From positions 77,240-141,239 of the forward strand of contig CAZQEI010000002.1 of assembly GCA_964592195.1 (NCBI GenBank): a stretch of DNA of 64,000 nucleotides. Direction: 5' to 3'. Shown here piece after piece: positions 9,572-18,989 of this stretch. The notes beneath the pieces were generated by a model. That model was not told the DNA's origin and made no database searches. It saw only the letters and a program-made list of their open reading frames with translations. Source of the stretch: an uncultured Gammaproteobacteria bacterium (GTDB taxonomy: Bacteria > Patescibacteriota > Patescibacteriia > UBA11705). Made by a program: the position numbers and the translations under genes. Within the stretch, counting starts at the first letter, position 1, and every line of letters starts with the position of its first letter.

Positions 9572-9658
9572 CCCTCCATAGCCTTGTGCGAAGGAGGGTT
9601 GTCCTCCGTAGCTTTTTTAACCTCCGAAGTTTTAACGAAGGAGGTAGCGAAGGAGGAT
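9572..9658. repeat. nested CCTCC...GAAGGAGG palindromic repeats (also ~14633-14660, ~16173-16230, partial at ~63979-64000)
   Basis: CCCTCCATAGCCTTGTGCGAAGGAGGG followed by TCCTCCGTAGC[nested copy]AGCGAAGGAGGA. Confidence 0.7.
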
Positions 9659-12600
9659 TATTTTAATTCTTCAAGCTGTCGAGTAAGTACTTGTTGCTTT
9701 TCATTCGCATCAGCCAGTTTTTGTTTTTCTTGAGTAATAATATTTTCCGGTGCGTTTTTCACAAATTCTTCGTTGTTCAACTTTTTATTCAAACTGTTTT
9801 GATAGTTAACCACATTCTCAAGTTCATCCGCCAAACGAACTTTTTCTTGTTCCACATCTACTAATTCAGCCAAAGGAATAAACGCTTCTACCCCAGAAAC
9901 AACTAAGGATGCCGATTGAGCCGGTTTTTCTTCTGCCCAAATTAAATTTTCAACTCGCGCCAAGAATTGAATCATGGTTTGATTATCGCGAATTAAGTTA
10001 CCATCGTTTTTTACCACTAAACTAACCTTTGTAATGGGATCAACATGATAAGCTGAACGCACATTGCGAATACCGGTAACCACTGCTTGCAAACGCGCGA
10101 AGTTAACTAAAGCATCTTCATTTACAAACTTCTTTTCTGCTTTTGGCCATTCAGTCATCATTAAACTTTCTTTTTCATCGAGCAATGCCCAAATTGCCTC
10201 AGTAACAAATGGTAAGAATGGGTGCCACAATGTCACTAAAGTTTTCAGCACATAAAACAAAATTGCTTCTTTATCTTTTTCTACTTTCGCAATTTCCAAA
10301 TACCAATCAGCCAGATCACTCCATGTAAAATTGCGCAAAGTTTCCGCCGCGGCGGAGAAATCATATTGGGCGAAATTATTTTCCACTTGCTTTTTTACTT
10401 CTTCAACACGAGCCAATATCCATTGGTCTGCCAAAGTTTTTGGTTCAACTTTACCTAACTGCTTATCTTCCAAACTAGTAATTATATACCGAGAGATATT
10501 CCACAGTTTGTTAACGAAGTTTCTGGTGCCTTCAATTTTTTCCAGGTAGAAACGAGCATCATTACCAGGAGTATTTCCAACTAGCAAAGACAAACGCAAA
10601 GCATCAGTACCATATTTTTCAATCATTTCAATCGGATCAATACCATTACCCAATGATTTGGAAAATTTTCTACCTTTATCATCACGCAAAATGCCATGAA
10701 TATACACATCTTTAAATGGAATTTCATCTAAAGCATAAGTGGTCATCAAAACCATGCGCGCTAACCAGAAAAATAAAAGTTCATGGCCCATTTGCATCCA
10801 AGTAGTCGGATGATAAGTTTTTAAATCTTTTGTTTTATTCGGCCAGCCTAAAGTTGAGAATGTCCATAAACCTGAACTAAACCAAGTATCAAGAGTATCA
10901 GCATCTTGATAAACATCCGTTGAACCGCAGTGACAAGTCACTGGAGTAGTTTTAACGGTCACGGATTGACCAGGATCAGGGTAAGTAAAAGCGTATATTT
11001 GTTCATTGGTTAAATTTTCTTGGAAACCTTGCACCACGCGCAAAACATCACCATGGGAGAAAACTAAAATTGTTTCACCGGGATGGTTTTTCCCCATTTC
11101 GCGCATGAAATCATAAACTCGATTTCTCAAAGATTCAAACGATTCAATCCCGCGAGGTGAATCCTTTTCCCACATAGAAAAACTGGTTCTGAAATTCACA
11201 AAATCATCATTATCTTTACCTTCAAATTCACCGACACCCACTTCTTTCAAGCGTTCATCAGTATTGACTGGCAAATCAAATCTCTCAGAAAACATTTTCG
11301 CTGATTCTTGCGTTCGTTGTAATGGTGAAGCATAAATGGCGGCAAACTTCGTATCTTTCAATCTAATCATCGCATCTTCAATATTTTGACGACCCTGGGT
11401 AGTTAATGGATTATTATGATTGTTTGGGTCTGCATTTAAAATATTAGTCGTATTACCCACACACTCACCATGACGATGAAAAATAAAAGTGGTTGGTGGT
11501 TGGGCCACGCAAATCTTCTCATTACACTTCTTACAATACCAAACAGGAATACGATGTCCCCACCACACTTGGCGAGAGATACACCAATCATGCAACTTAT
11601 CAATCCAATTCAAATAATTCTTTTCAAAACGTTCTGGAGTAATCTTAATTTTTTCCTTGCCATTCAATCCGGTAGTCACCGCTTCGCGCATTAAATCTTT
11701 TAAAGTTTTATCTTTACCGGGAATTTCTTTATTAACATTCACAAACCATTGCGTCATGGGCAAAGATTCCACAACATCACCAAAACGATCAGAAGTTCCC
11801 ACAGTTTGAGTTATTTCCTCTTCAGAGATTAACAAACCTTGTGCTTGTAATTGTTCCACAACTTTTTCTCTAGCTTGTTCCACGGTTAATCCGGCAAACT
11901 CGCCGAAGGAAGATTCAATTTTCCCTGCCGTATTAATTACTGGAATCAATTCAATGGGATCACCATTGGCTTTTTGTTTTTCATACATTTCAAAATCAAC
12001 CGAACTATGCGCTGGAGTCACACCTAACGCACCGGTACCAAACGCGGGATCAACTCCTTCGTCAGCAATGACTTTCAATTTCAATTTAATATCACCGACA
12101 AAATTTACTTCAAAGGTTTTACCAATATAGTCTTTGTAACGCTCGTCGTTTGGGTTAACTGCCACAGCAGTATCCCCCAACTTGGTTTCTGGTCTAGTTG
12201 TGGCAATGGCAAATGGGAAATCATGACTATATTTAAAAGTCCAAAATTTGGCTTTTCTTTCTAATGATTCCAATTCATCATCACTGCAGGTTGATTGACC
12301 AACTACGGACCAATTCACCACTCGATAACCGCGGTAAATTAAACCATCAGAATACATTCTCTCAAAAATAGTACTAACAGCTAGACTTCTTTCATCGTCA
12401 AAAGTATAGGCTAAACGGCTCCAATCGCAACTGGTACCCATTCTTTTAATTTGAGAAATAATCGTGCTTTTGCTCTTTTCCGCGTAGTCACGAACAACAT
12501 TTAACAATTTTTGTCGGCCTAATTCTTCGCGAGGATGAGCCATACCTTCAGCAATTAAATTCTTTTCAACTCGAGCTTGAGTCGCGACCGCCGCATGATC

Positions 12601-12852
12601 AGTACCGGGTAATAACAAAACTTGTTTACCATTCATCCTTTGGTAACGAGCCATGACATCCATTAAACTATTCTCCAAAGCATGTCCCAAATGCAAAATA
12701 CCGGTCACGTTTGGTGGTGGCATCATGATGGAGAATGGTTCGGCAAACAATTTTTTATGGGTATCAGGGTTGAAATAATCTGATTCTAACCATTTTTTAT
12801 AAATATCGCCTTCGTAATCCGCAGGATTATAGGCAGAAGGTATGTTTTTCAT
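9658..12852 (-). CDS. valS: valine--tRNA ligase with inserted histidine-phosphatase domain
   Basis: PPPNVTGILHLGH, ATTRPET, DWCISRQVWWGHRIP, DTLDTWFSS, KFSKS, C-terminal coiled coil; internal RHG...SHG domain. Confidence 0.95.
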   Translation of the reverse strand: MKNIPSAYNPADYEGDIYKKWLESDYFNPDTHKKLFAEPFSIMMPPPNVTGILHLGHALENSLMDVMARYQRMNGKQVLLLPGTDHAAVATQARVEKNLIAEGMAHPREELGRQKLLNVVRDYAEKSKSTIISQIKRMGTSCDWSRLAYTFDDERSLAVSTIFERMYSDGLIYRGYRVVNWSVVGQSTCSDDELESLERKAKFWTFKYSHDFPFAIATTRPETKLGDTAVAVNPNDERYKDYIGKTFEVNFVGDIKLKLKVIADEGVDPAFGTGALGVTPAHSSVDFEMYEKQKANGDPIELIPVINTAGKIESSFGEFAGLTVEQAREKVVEQLQAQGLLISEEEITQTVGTSDRFGDVVESLPMTQWFVNVNKEIPGKDKTLKDLMREAVTTGLNGKEKIKITPERFEKNYLNWIDKLHDWCISRQVWWGHRIPVWYCKKCNEKICVAQPPTTFIFHRHGECVGNTTNILNADPNNHNNPLTTQGRQNIEDAMIRLKDTKFAAIYASPLQRTQESAKMFSERFDLPVNTDERLKEVGVGEFEGKDNDDFVNFRTSFSMWEKDSPRGIESFESLRNRVYDFMREMGKNHPGETILVFSHGDVLRVVQGFQENLTNEQIYAFTYPDPGQSVTVKTTPVTCHCGSTDVYQDADTLDTWFSSGLWTFSTLGWPNKTKDLKTYHPTTWMQMGHELLFFWLARMVLMTTYALDEIPFKDVYIHGILRDDKGRKFSKSLGNGIDPIEMIEKYGTDALRLSLLVGNTPGNDARFYLEKIEGTRNFVNKLWNISRYIITSLEDKQLGKVEPKTLADQWILARVEEVKKQVENNFAQYDFSAAAETLRNFTWSDLADWYLEIAKVEKDKEAILFYVLKTLVTLWHPFLPFVTEAIWALLDEKESLMMTEWPKAEKKFVNEDALVNFARLQAVVTGIRNVRSAYHVDPITKVSLVVKNDGNLIRDNQTMIQFLARVENLIWAEEKPAQSASLVVSGVEAFIPLAELVDVEQEKVRLADELENVVNYQNSLNKKLNNEEFVKNAPENIITQEKQKLADANEKQQVLTRQLEELK

Positions 12853-13018
12853 ATGGTAATATTTTATCATAATACTATGTCAAATACAACATTTTATGCC
12901 TATTTCAAACAAAAATTGACAACAATTCTTGATTATTGCCTGGTGGATAAATTATTGACAGTTCTCTATAATTTCGGTAACATTACTAATTACCTAGTAA
13001 ATAAAGCAACTCAAACAC

Positions 13019-14152
13019 ATGGCTCTCTCTGACTCACAGCAAATCTACGAAGCGCTCAAGAATTCTCAAAGCGCTCTCATCACTTTCAAAAAAGAACACG
13101 ACGGCGACGCGGTCAGTGCGGGTTTAGCTCTTTCTTTACTATTGAAAAAATTGGATAAAAGTCATGACTTGGTTTGTCATGATTTTGTTATGCCCAAACA
13201 ATTCAACTTTCTTCCTGGAGCAGATCAAGTTAAGCCTCATATTCCAAACTTAAGAAAATTCATTATCAGTCTAAATACAGGTAAAGTTCAGGCTCCAAAA
13301 GTGGACTTCAACCAACTGGAAAACGAACTGCAAATTATCATCGAACCGGAAAAAGGCACTTTCCTACCTCATGACATTTCCATGAGCAATACCAAGTATC
13401 GCCATGATTTGATTATCACTTTATCAACTCCGGACTTGGACGCTTTACACACGGTTTACGATGATCACACTGATTTCTTTTTTAACACTCCAATTTTGAA
13501 TATTGATCATAGTCCGGAAAATGAAAACTATGGACATTACAATTTAGTTAACGTAACAGCTACCTCTGTTTCTGAGTTAGTTTATGATTTAATTGAAAAA
13601 ATTGATTTATCTTTAATCGATGAAAAAATCGCCACCTGTTTATTAACTGGTATGATTGTTAAAACCAAAAGTTTCAAAACCCAACGTGTTACTCCCAAAA
13701 GCTTAAGCATTGCCAGTCAATTAATGGCCATTGGAGCTGACCGTGAATTAATCATTCGCAACTTATATCAAACTCGGTCAGTTAACACCTTGAAACTTTG
13801 GGGACGAACATTACAAAAAATTCAAACCAACCCGGCCAATCAGTTGGCATGGTCTTTCATTACTCTCAATGATTTTCAAGATACTCAAACTCAACCTGAT
13901 GATATTACCGACATTATCGATGAAATGATAACGAACATTCCTTCGATTGAATTGACCTGTTTATTTTATGAAAAATCCGATGGACAGCATTGTTTAATAA
14001 AAAGCGAGGGTAAGCATAACTTACCAGACCTTTTAACTGAATATAAACCAGTCGGCAAACACGACCAAGTCCATATTCATTTAAAGGAAAGTGCACCTAA
14101 CGATTTATTGCAACATTTAGGCCAAATTTTGACCCCGGTCTTCACAAAATAA
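13019..14152 (+). CDS. DHH-family phosphoesterase-like protein (NrnA-like, degenerate motifs)
   Basis: HDGDAVSA, ILNIDHSPEN, IATCLLTGM..KT.SF. Confidence 0.8.
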   Translation: MALSDSQQIYEALKNSQSALITFKKEHDGDAVSAGLALSLLLKKLDKSHDLVCHDFVMPKQFNFLPGADQVKPHIPNLRKFIISLNTGKVQAPKVDFNQLENELQIIIEPEKGTFLPHDISMSNTKYRHDLIITLSTPDLDALHTVYDDHTDFFFNTPILNIDHSPENENYGHYNLVNVTATSVSELVYDLIEKIDLSLIDEKIATCLLTGMIVKTKSFKTQRVTPKSLSIASQLMAIGADRELIIRNLYQTRSVNTLKLWGRTLQKIQTNPANQLAWSFITLNDFQDTQTQPDDITDIIDEMITNIPSIELTCLFYEKSDGQHCLIKSEGKHNLPDLLTEYKPVGKHDQVHIHLKESAPNDLLQHLGQILTPVFTK

Positions 14153-14249
14153 TAATATTCTGCTATTATATTCACAGGCTATTCAATGCTCTTTCAGTCA
14201 AAACTTTATAACGGGTTTACCATGAACCCGAACGCAGTGAGTGGTTCAT

Positions 14250-14326
14250 GGGCCTGTAGCTCAGTTGGTAAGAGCACCACTCTTATAAAGTGGGGGTCCT
14301 GGGTTCGATCCCCAGCAGGCCCACCA
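14250..14326 (+). tRNA. tRNA-Ile(UAU)
   Basis: GGGCCTG/CAGGCCC acceptor stem, CCACT-CTTATAA-AGTGG anticodon arm, GGTTCGATCC, ACCA end. Confidence 0.9.
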
Positions 14327-14375
14327 CTAAACATAAAATTCGTAGATTTGTAGCAAATTCGTAATTCGTAGTCTT

Positions 14376-14500
14376 GGGCAACTAGCTCAGTTTCCGCCAA
14401 AGGCGGATCAGCCTATGGCTGAGGTTAGAGCGACTCGTTGACGTCGAGTAGGTCAGAGGTTCTGCGCCAAAGGCGCATCAGCCTCCGGCTGAGACTCCTA
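14376..14500 (+). pseudogene. defective tRNA-Val(GAC) copy with 30-nt inserts in the D and T loops; 3' acceptor strand missing
   Basis: Matches tRNA-Val after removing 14393-14422 and 14463-14492. Confidence 0.85.
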
Positions 14501-14535
14501 CGTTTTATACATTAATAATTTTATACACAAATTTA

Positions 14536-14612
14536 GGGCAATTAGCTCAGTTGGTTAGAGCGACTCGTTGACGTCGAGTAGGTCAAAAGTTCGAATCTTT
14601 TATTGCCCACCA
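14536..14612 (+). tRNA. tRNA-Val(GAC)
   Basis: ACTCG-TTGACGT-CGAGT anticodon arm, GTTCGAAT, TTGCCCACCA. Confidence 0.95.
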
Positions 14613-14738
14613 TTTTTCGCGGAGCGAAAAATGTCCTCCGTAACTTTAGTGAAGGAGGACAAAATAAAATTCATGATTTTGTCGTGATTTTTTGTTATCA
14701 AAAAACTCGGCTGATTAACCGAGTATTGTTATTTTATT

Positions 14739-15764
14739 CTAATTCGCCAAATTCTTCGTAATTTCATCGATGATTTCCGTGGCACGCTTCTGGCCAATGC
14801 CAGGAATATCGATCAGATCAAGAACAGACATACCCTTGAGCTCAGCCACGATTTGAAGGCCAATAGTCTTCAACGGATGCAGATGATGACCGGTCAGCTT
14901 GGTGAATTCCGGCAAACGATCGATCGGCAACGAAATCAAACGAGGATCAAACACCACCACTTTCTCATCCCCCACCGCATCCTCTTCACGCACAACCACG
15001 GAAGGTGACTTAAGTCGACGTTCACGCATTGCTTCCCACTCTTCAAGCTTCATAGCTCTCACTTCATGAGTATTCTTATCCGTAATCATGAATTTACCTG
15101 CCTTGATGAGCTCCACCATGGCGACAAAATCAACCTGAAGCAAATTCAAATCCTTCAAATATTGCAAACTAACCAATTCAAGCAACTGCTTAAGAGGAAT
15201 TTCATAAGTAACACCGTCTTGAAGGATAACCATAATTTTACCATAACGAGTAAAACGGTAACGCTTATAAGGATTGGGATCTGCTATCAGTCCGGAAGGA
15301 TGAGCCATCACGAATTCACGCAAAAATTCACGTGCTTCATCGAGCGGCTCTTTGAGCACAGATAGAGCGTCTTGAGCTCGCTGAACCACACGGGCCTTGG
15401 CCACAAAGTTGCGCAGAGAATCTTCACCAATGTCCTTCTCAGCATCACTCAAGGCTTCCAACTGAATATCACGAATTTTCACATTCAATTTGGCCTGCTC
15501 AGACAACAGCTCTTGAAGTCTCAGCTTCCGTTCCAAATCAAGAAATTCACGATTCTTCTTGGCATGAGTCTCAACCAATTTCTTATGCTGTTCAGTCAAC
15601 TTGGCAATCTTCTTCTCAGCAGATTCGCGCTTTTTATCAGGCATACCATCAACCAAGGCATTCTTCGCTTCTTCCAATTCAGAATATTTAGCCTCAATAG
15701 CATCAACCAACTCTTTCAATTTTCCCGCTAATTCATCAACCTTTTGCTTCAACGATTGAGCCAT
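14739..15764 (-). CDS. coiled-coil protein with C-terminal helix-hairpin-helix (RNAP alpha-CTD-like) domain (SD-led)
   Basis: N-terminal heptad repeats; LKTIGLQIVAEL..MSVLDLIDIPGIGQKRATEI; GGAGG before MAQSLK. Confidence 0.65.
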   Translation of the reverse strand: MAQSLKQKVDELAGKLKELVDAIEAKYSELEEAKNALVDGMPDKKRESAEKKIAKLTEQHKKLVETHAKKNREFLDLERKLRLQELLSEQAKLNVKIRDIQLEALSDAEKDIGEDSLRNFVAKARVVQRAQDALSVLKEPLDEAREFLREFVMAHPSGLIADPNPYKRYRFTRYGKIMVILQDGVTYEIPLKQLLELVSLQYLKDLNLLQVDFVAMVELIKAGKFMITDKNTHEVRAMKLEEWEAMRERRLKSPSVVVREEDAVGDEKVVVFDPRLISLPIDRLPEFTKLTGHHLHPLKTIGLQIVAELKGMSVLDLIDIPGIGQKRATEIIDEITKNLAN

Positions 15765-15914
15765 TAGTCCCTCCACTGGTTTTGACCGGTTTATTCCCGG
15801 TCTGTTAATGAACATGAATTCATATATTACATCAATATCCCTCTTGTGTCAACTCTTGCATAAACTACATATTTTGATATAATTACAGCGTTGTTTTGTA
15901 ATATTTGCAATTTC

Positions 15915-15991
15915 GGGCAACTAGCTCAGTTGGTTAGAGCGAACGGTTCACGTCCGTTAGGTCAAAGGTTCGAATCCTTTGTTGCCCACCA
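15915..15991 (+). tRNA. tRNA-Val(CAC)
   Basis: AACGG-TTCACGT-CCGTT anticodon arm, GGTTCGAATCC, GTTGCCCACCA. Confidence 0.95.
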
Positions 15992-16026
15992 TTTTAAATT
16001 CACTCCAATGTGATTTTTTGTTTATA

Positions 16027-16152
16027 CAACTAGCTCAGCCCCAAAGGGGCCCCTTCGGGGTTGGTTAGAGCGAACGGTTCACGTCCGTTAGGTCAAAGGT
16101 TCTGCGCCAAAGGCGCATCCGCCTCCGGCGGAGACTCCTTTAGCGCCCACCA
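16027..16152 (+). pseudogene. defective tRNA-Val(CAC) copy with 22-nt D-loop and 30-nt T-loop inserts; 5' acceptor strand damaged
   Basis: Matches tRNA-Val(CAC) after removing 16039-16060 and 16103-16132; ends CCCACCA. Confidence 0.85.
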
Positions 16153-16386
16153 TTTTTCGCGGAGCGAAAAATGTCCTCCGACTTGTCAACCGAAGCTTTA
16201 GCGAAGATTGAAGCTTCAGCGAAGGAGGACAAACTTATATAACACGATCTTTCGTGTTTTTGTTTTACTTCTTACATTTTTCAATCCCGCATCCTGATCC
16301 CAATACCCATATACCCATTTACCACTCCTGTTTACTTCCCTCCTCATCCTAGGTATAATTAAACATATATTAATCAAAAATATTAT

Positions 16387-17313
16387 ATGCAAGAAGATCC
16401 AAACAAAGTTTCAACGCCAGAAACTATCAAAACTCCAGAACAAGCTCATAATAATAAACAAAAAGATCTACCCGAAAATCATCCTGGTCCAAACACCAGA
16501 GAAGAATTTTATCAAAAAGTAAATAAACTTGAACGCGAATTTCAAACAGCAATTGCCGATAAAAAAATATCACCAGAACTAAAAAAAGAACTTGAATCAA
16601 AACTAAAAGAAGAAATTGCAATGGAAAGAAGATTATATGAAAAAAATCTTACTTTACCAGAAAGAATTAAGGGCAGCTATACTGACGGCATTGACCGAAT
16701 ATTTCATCAATTAAAAACTGACCCAGGTGCCATCGAACGTGTGAAATTTGCTTTATCTCTGATAATAGCTGACACCACCATTGCCCAACACATGGGAGAC
16801 AATACCCAAGATAAGTTATTTGCTGACCTTGATGCTTGCGCTTTATTAAAAGACAAAAACGAATTTACTCAAGCCATGTCAAAAGCACTTGAGCCGCTAA
16901 TCAATTGCAATTTGGCAATTCCCAGACAGTTTGAAGATATCCAGGCAAGGGCTTCAATGACACATTTTATACCCCTCAATGATCGATTATCGTATGGAGT
17001 TGGTGGGCCATATGCTCATTTTCACCTAGCTCCATCATATACCATTCCGAAAGAAGAACTCAGAGAAATGTTTTTAGATGGCATGAAAAAACTAGCAACT
17101 GTTACAAAAGATAATCCCGATATTAAAGTGATAACTGGATCATCCTGGATTGTTGCTACCAAATCTTATAGCGCAATGCTAAAATCCATTGGTTTTGAAA
17201 TTGAAGATGTCTCTGATGAAGAAAAACAAATGTATTTTCCTGACGAAACGAGAGAAGTAAAAAAAGCTGTCATGTCACGCGAAAAATTCATTGAAACCTT
17301 TGATAAAAAATAA
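16387..17313 (+). CDS. hypothetical protein, C-terminal half possibly GNAT-like
   Basis: Long ORF; VITGSSWIVA...LKSIGFEI segment. Confidence 0.6.
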   Translation: MQEDPNKVSTPETIKTPEQAHNNKQKDLPENHPGPNTREEFYQKVNKLEREFQTAIADKKISPELKKELESKLKEEIAMERRLYEKNLTLPERIKGSYTDGIDRIFHQLKTDPGAIERVKFALSLIIADTTIAQHMGDNTQDKLFADLDACALLKDKNEFTQAMSKALEPLINCNLAIPRQFEDIQARASMTHFIPLNDRLSYGVGGPYAHFHLAPSYTIPKEELREMFLDGMKKLATVTKDNPDIKVITGSSWIVATKSYSAMLKSIGFEIEDVSDEEKQMYFPDETREVKKAVMSREKFIETFDKK

Positions 17314-17314
17314 T

Positions 17315-17530
17315 ATGTGTCTCACCATCCCCGCCCAAATCATCAGCATCAATCAATTCCAAGCTCAAGTCCGCCATGGTCGAGATAATTTTGAATTTAC
17401 TGTTAACATTGCCGCCTTGCCAAATGCCAAAGTTAATGACTGGGTGCTAACCGCTGCTGACTTGGCCGTACAAATTGTTTCACAATCTGAAGCCGAAGAA
17501 ATAATCAAACTTCATCAACATGAAAAATAG
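17315..17530 (+). CDS. hypC: HypC/HupF-family small OB-fold protein
   Basis: MCLTIPAQII ... KVNDWVL..A.LAVQIVS..EAEE. Confidence 0.75.
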   Translation: MCLTIPAQIISINQFQAQVRHGRDNFEFTVNIAALPNAKVNDWVLTAADLAVQIVSQSEAEEIIKLHQHEK

Positions 17531-18284
17531 CTTCAACAACTCGGGTTTTTCATTATGTTGCCGTTATGCTTTTATGCCCAATAAACTTCGTTACTGCGGC
17601 GGTGATCAATATGAAAAACTTTTAACCTATGGAGCGGCGGATGAAAATGATCCGCTTTTAGCTGATTGGTTAAAAGAATTTGAAACTCTCTACCCATACC
17701 TGCAATTTATTGCCACAGAAAATAAAATTTTGAATCCATTCGAACAATCAGTCGTGGAAGCTTATTGGCTTGGTAACAATTTACTAAATAAAATTGAAAA
17801 AAATAAATTCTATCTTCACCTAGCTGAAAATTTAAAACTAAAAAAAAGATTACCTCCCCAACAATTTGAACGTCTACTCACCAGATTAAATGCGCTGTGC
17901 ATTCCCCATCACAACTTCCATGTTATAAATCTTTGGCTCATGAACCGCGACTTACCTCCCGAAATCTCAATTTCAACCATGGATAATTGTCGTATTAACT
18001 CGGGAAAAATCACTAAAATTGAAAATGATACAATTTCCATAGAAACTGAACAACTAATTTATTCAAATAAAAAAATGGCCTTATCAAAACCACTTATAAA
18101 AAAAATTAATTACTCTATTTCCAATCATCAGTTCATCCATTCTCCGCAAATCAATGACATTATTTCTTTTCACTGGAATTTTGCCTGCGATAAAATCACA
18201 CCAGAACAAGCAAAACATTTGAAATACTTTACTCAGTTGGCAATCAACTCATTTAACCAAACGAACCAAATAATCCCAGGCTAA
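17520..18284 (+). CDS. DUF6390-like conserved protein
   Basis: RYAFMPNKLRYCG, VVEAYWLGN, PHHNFHV, MDNCRI, ISFHW..AC. Confidence 0.8.
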   Translation: MKNSFNNSGFSLCCRYAFMPNKLRYCGGDQYEKLLTYGAADENDPLLADWLKEFETLYPYLQFIATENKILNPFEQSVVEAYWLGNNLLNKIEKNKFYLHLAENLKLKKRLPPQQFERLLTRLNALCIPHHNFHVINLWLMNRDLPPEISISTMDNCRINSGKITKIENDTISIETEQLIYSNKKMALSKPLIKKINYSISNHQFIHSPQINDIISFHWNFACDKITPEQAKHLKYFTQLAINSFNQTNQIIPG

Positions 18285-18989
18285 TAATTCTTTACCAAAA
18301 TTGTACTTAACCCAAGACATTACAAAAGATAAACATTCATCAATCACCACCTTCTTTACTGCCAGATGATCAATGGCTCGCCATTCATCAGCAAACGCAA
18401 TTCGCAACAATCTCAAACAATCGCAAGAGATTGTTTTTTTTTCCACGTCTTCGCGTTGACAGACAATACCATTTTCTTTGAAACCAAAATAAACTTGGTG
18501 CTCTAAATGTTGTCCACAAATAGCACAATTATCTAATCGACTTTCATAACCTAAATATTTTATCAAACGAATCCCAAAAATTAAAACTACTATCTTTTTC
18601 TGATAACTATTTTTAGCTAATTTTAGCCAATTTATTATATCTATTAACCACCCCCAAATTTGTTCATCTTTCTCCGACGCCATTAAACATTTCAATAACA
18701 TATCATTTATTGCCATCATAAAAGGATAATTTTCATCCAAATCCAACTCAAAATTATTTACCAACCTGGCAGTAGCCAAGCGATCCATAAATTTTGATCT
18801 AGCAATCATTGTATCCACCACTCCCCAGCAACTGAGATGTCCAATATTTTTGCTTTTTATTTTTTTGGTTCCAATAGAAACCACATCCACACGACCGAGT
18901 TCCCGAGTCAACAGCGTAAAAAGACTGTCGTTTTCCCGCCAGTCCCTTCTTTGCAATACTATTGCTTCAGTTCGCCAAGTCTTACTCAT
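18249..18989 (-). CDS. recO: DNA repair protein RecO
   Basis: TEAIVL....REND..FTLLTRELG, LGY....C..CG Zn finger. Confidence 0.9.
   Translation of the reverse strand: MSKTWRTEAIVLQRRDWRENDSLFTLLTRELGRVDVVSIGTKKIKSKNIGHLSCWGVVDTMIARSKFMDRLATARLVNNFELDLDENYPFMMAINDMLLKCLMASEKDEQIWGWLIDIINWLKLAKNSYQKKIVVLIFGIRLIKYLGYESRLDNCAICGQHLEHQVYFGFKENGIVCQREDVEKKTISCDCLRLLRIAFADEWRAIDHLAVKKVVIDECLSFVMSWVKYNFGKELLAWDYLVRLVK

Noticed and set aside
14393-16132. tRNA inserts as group I or bulge-helix-bulge introns
   Set aside because: Too short for group I, no BHB motif seen, and the host copies have damaged acceptor stems, so splicing alone would not give a functional tRNA.
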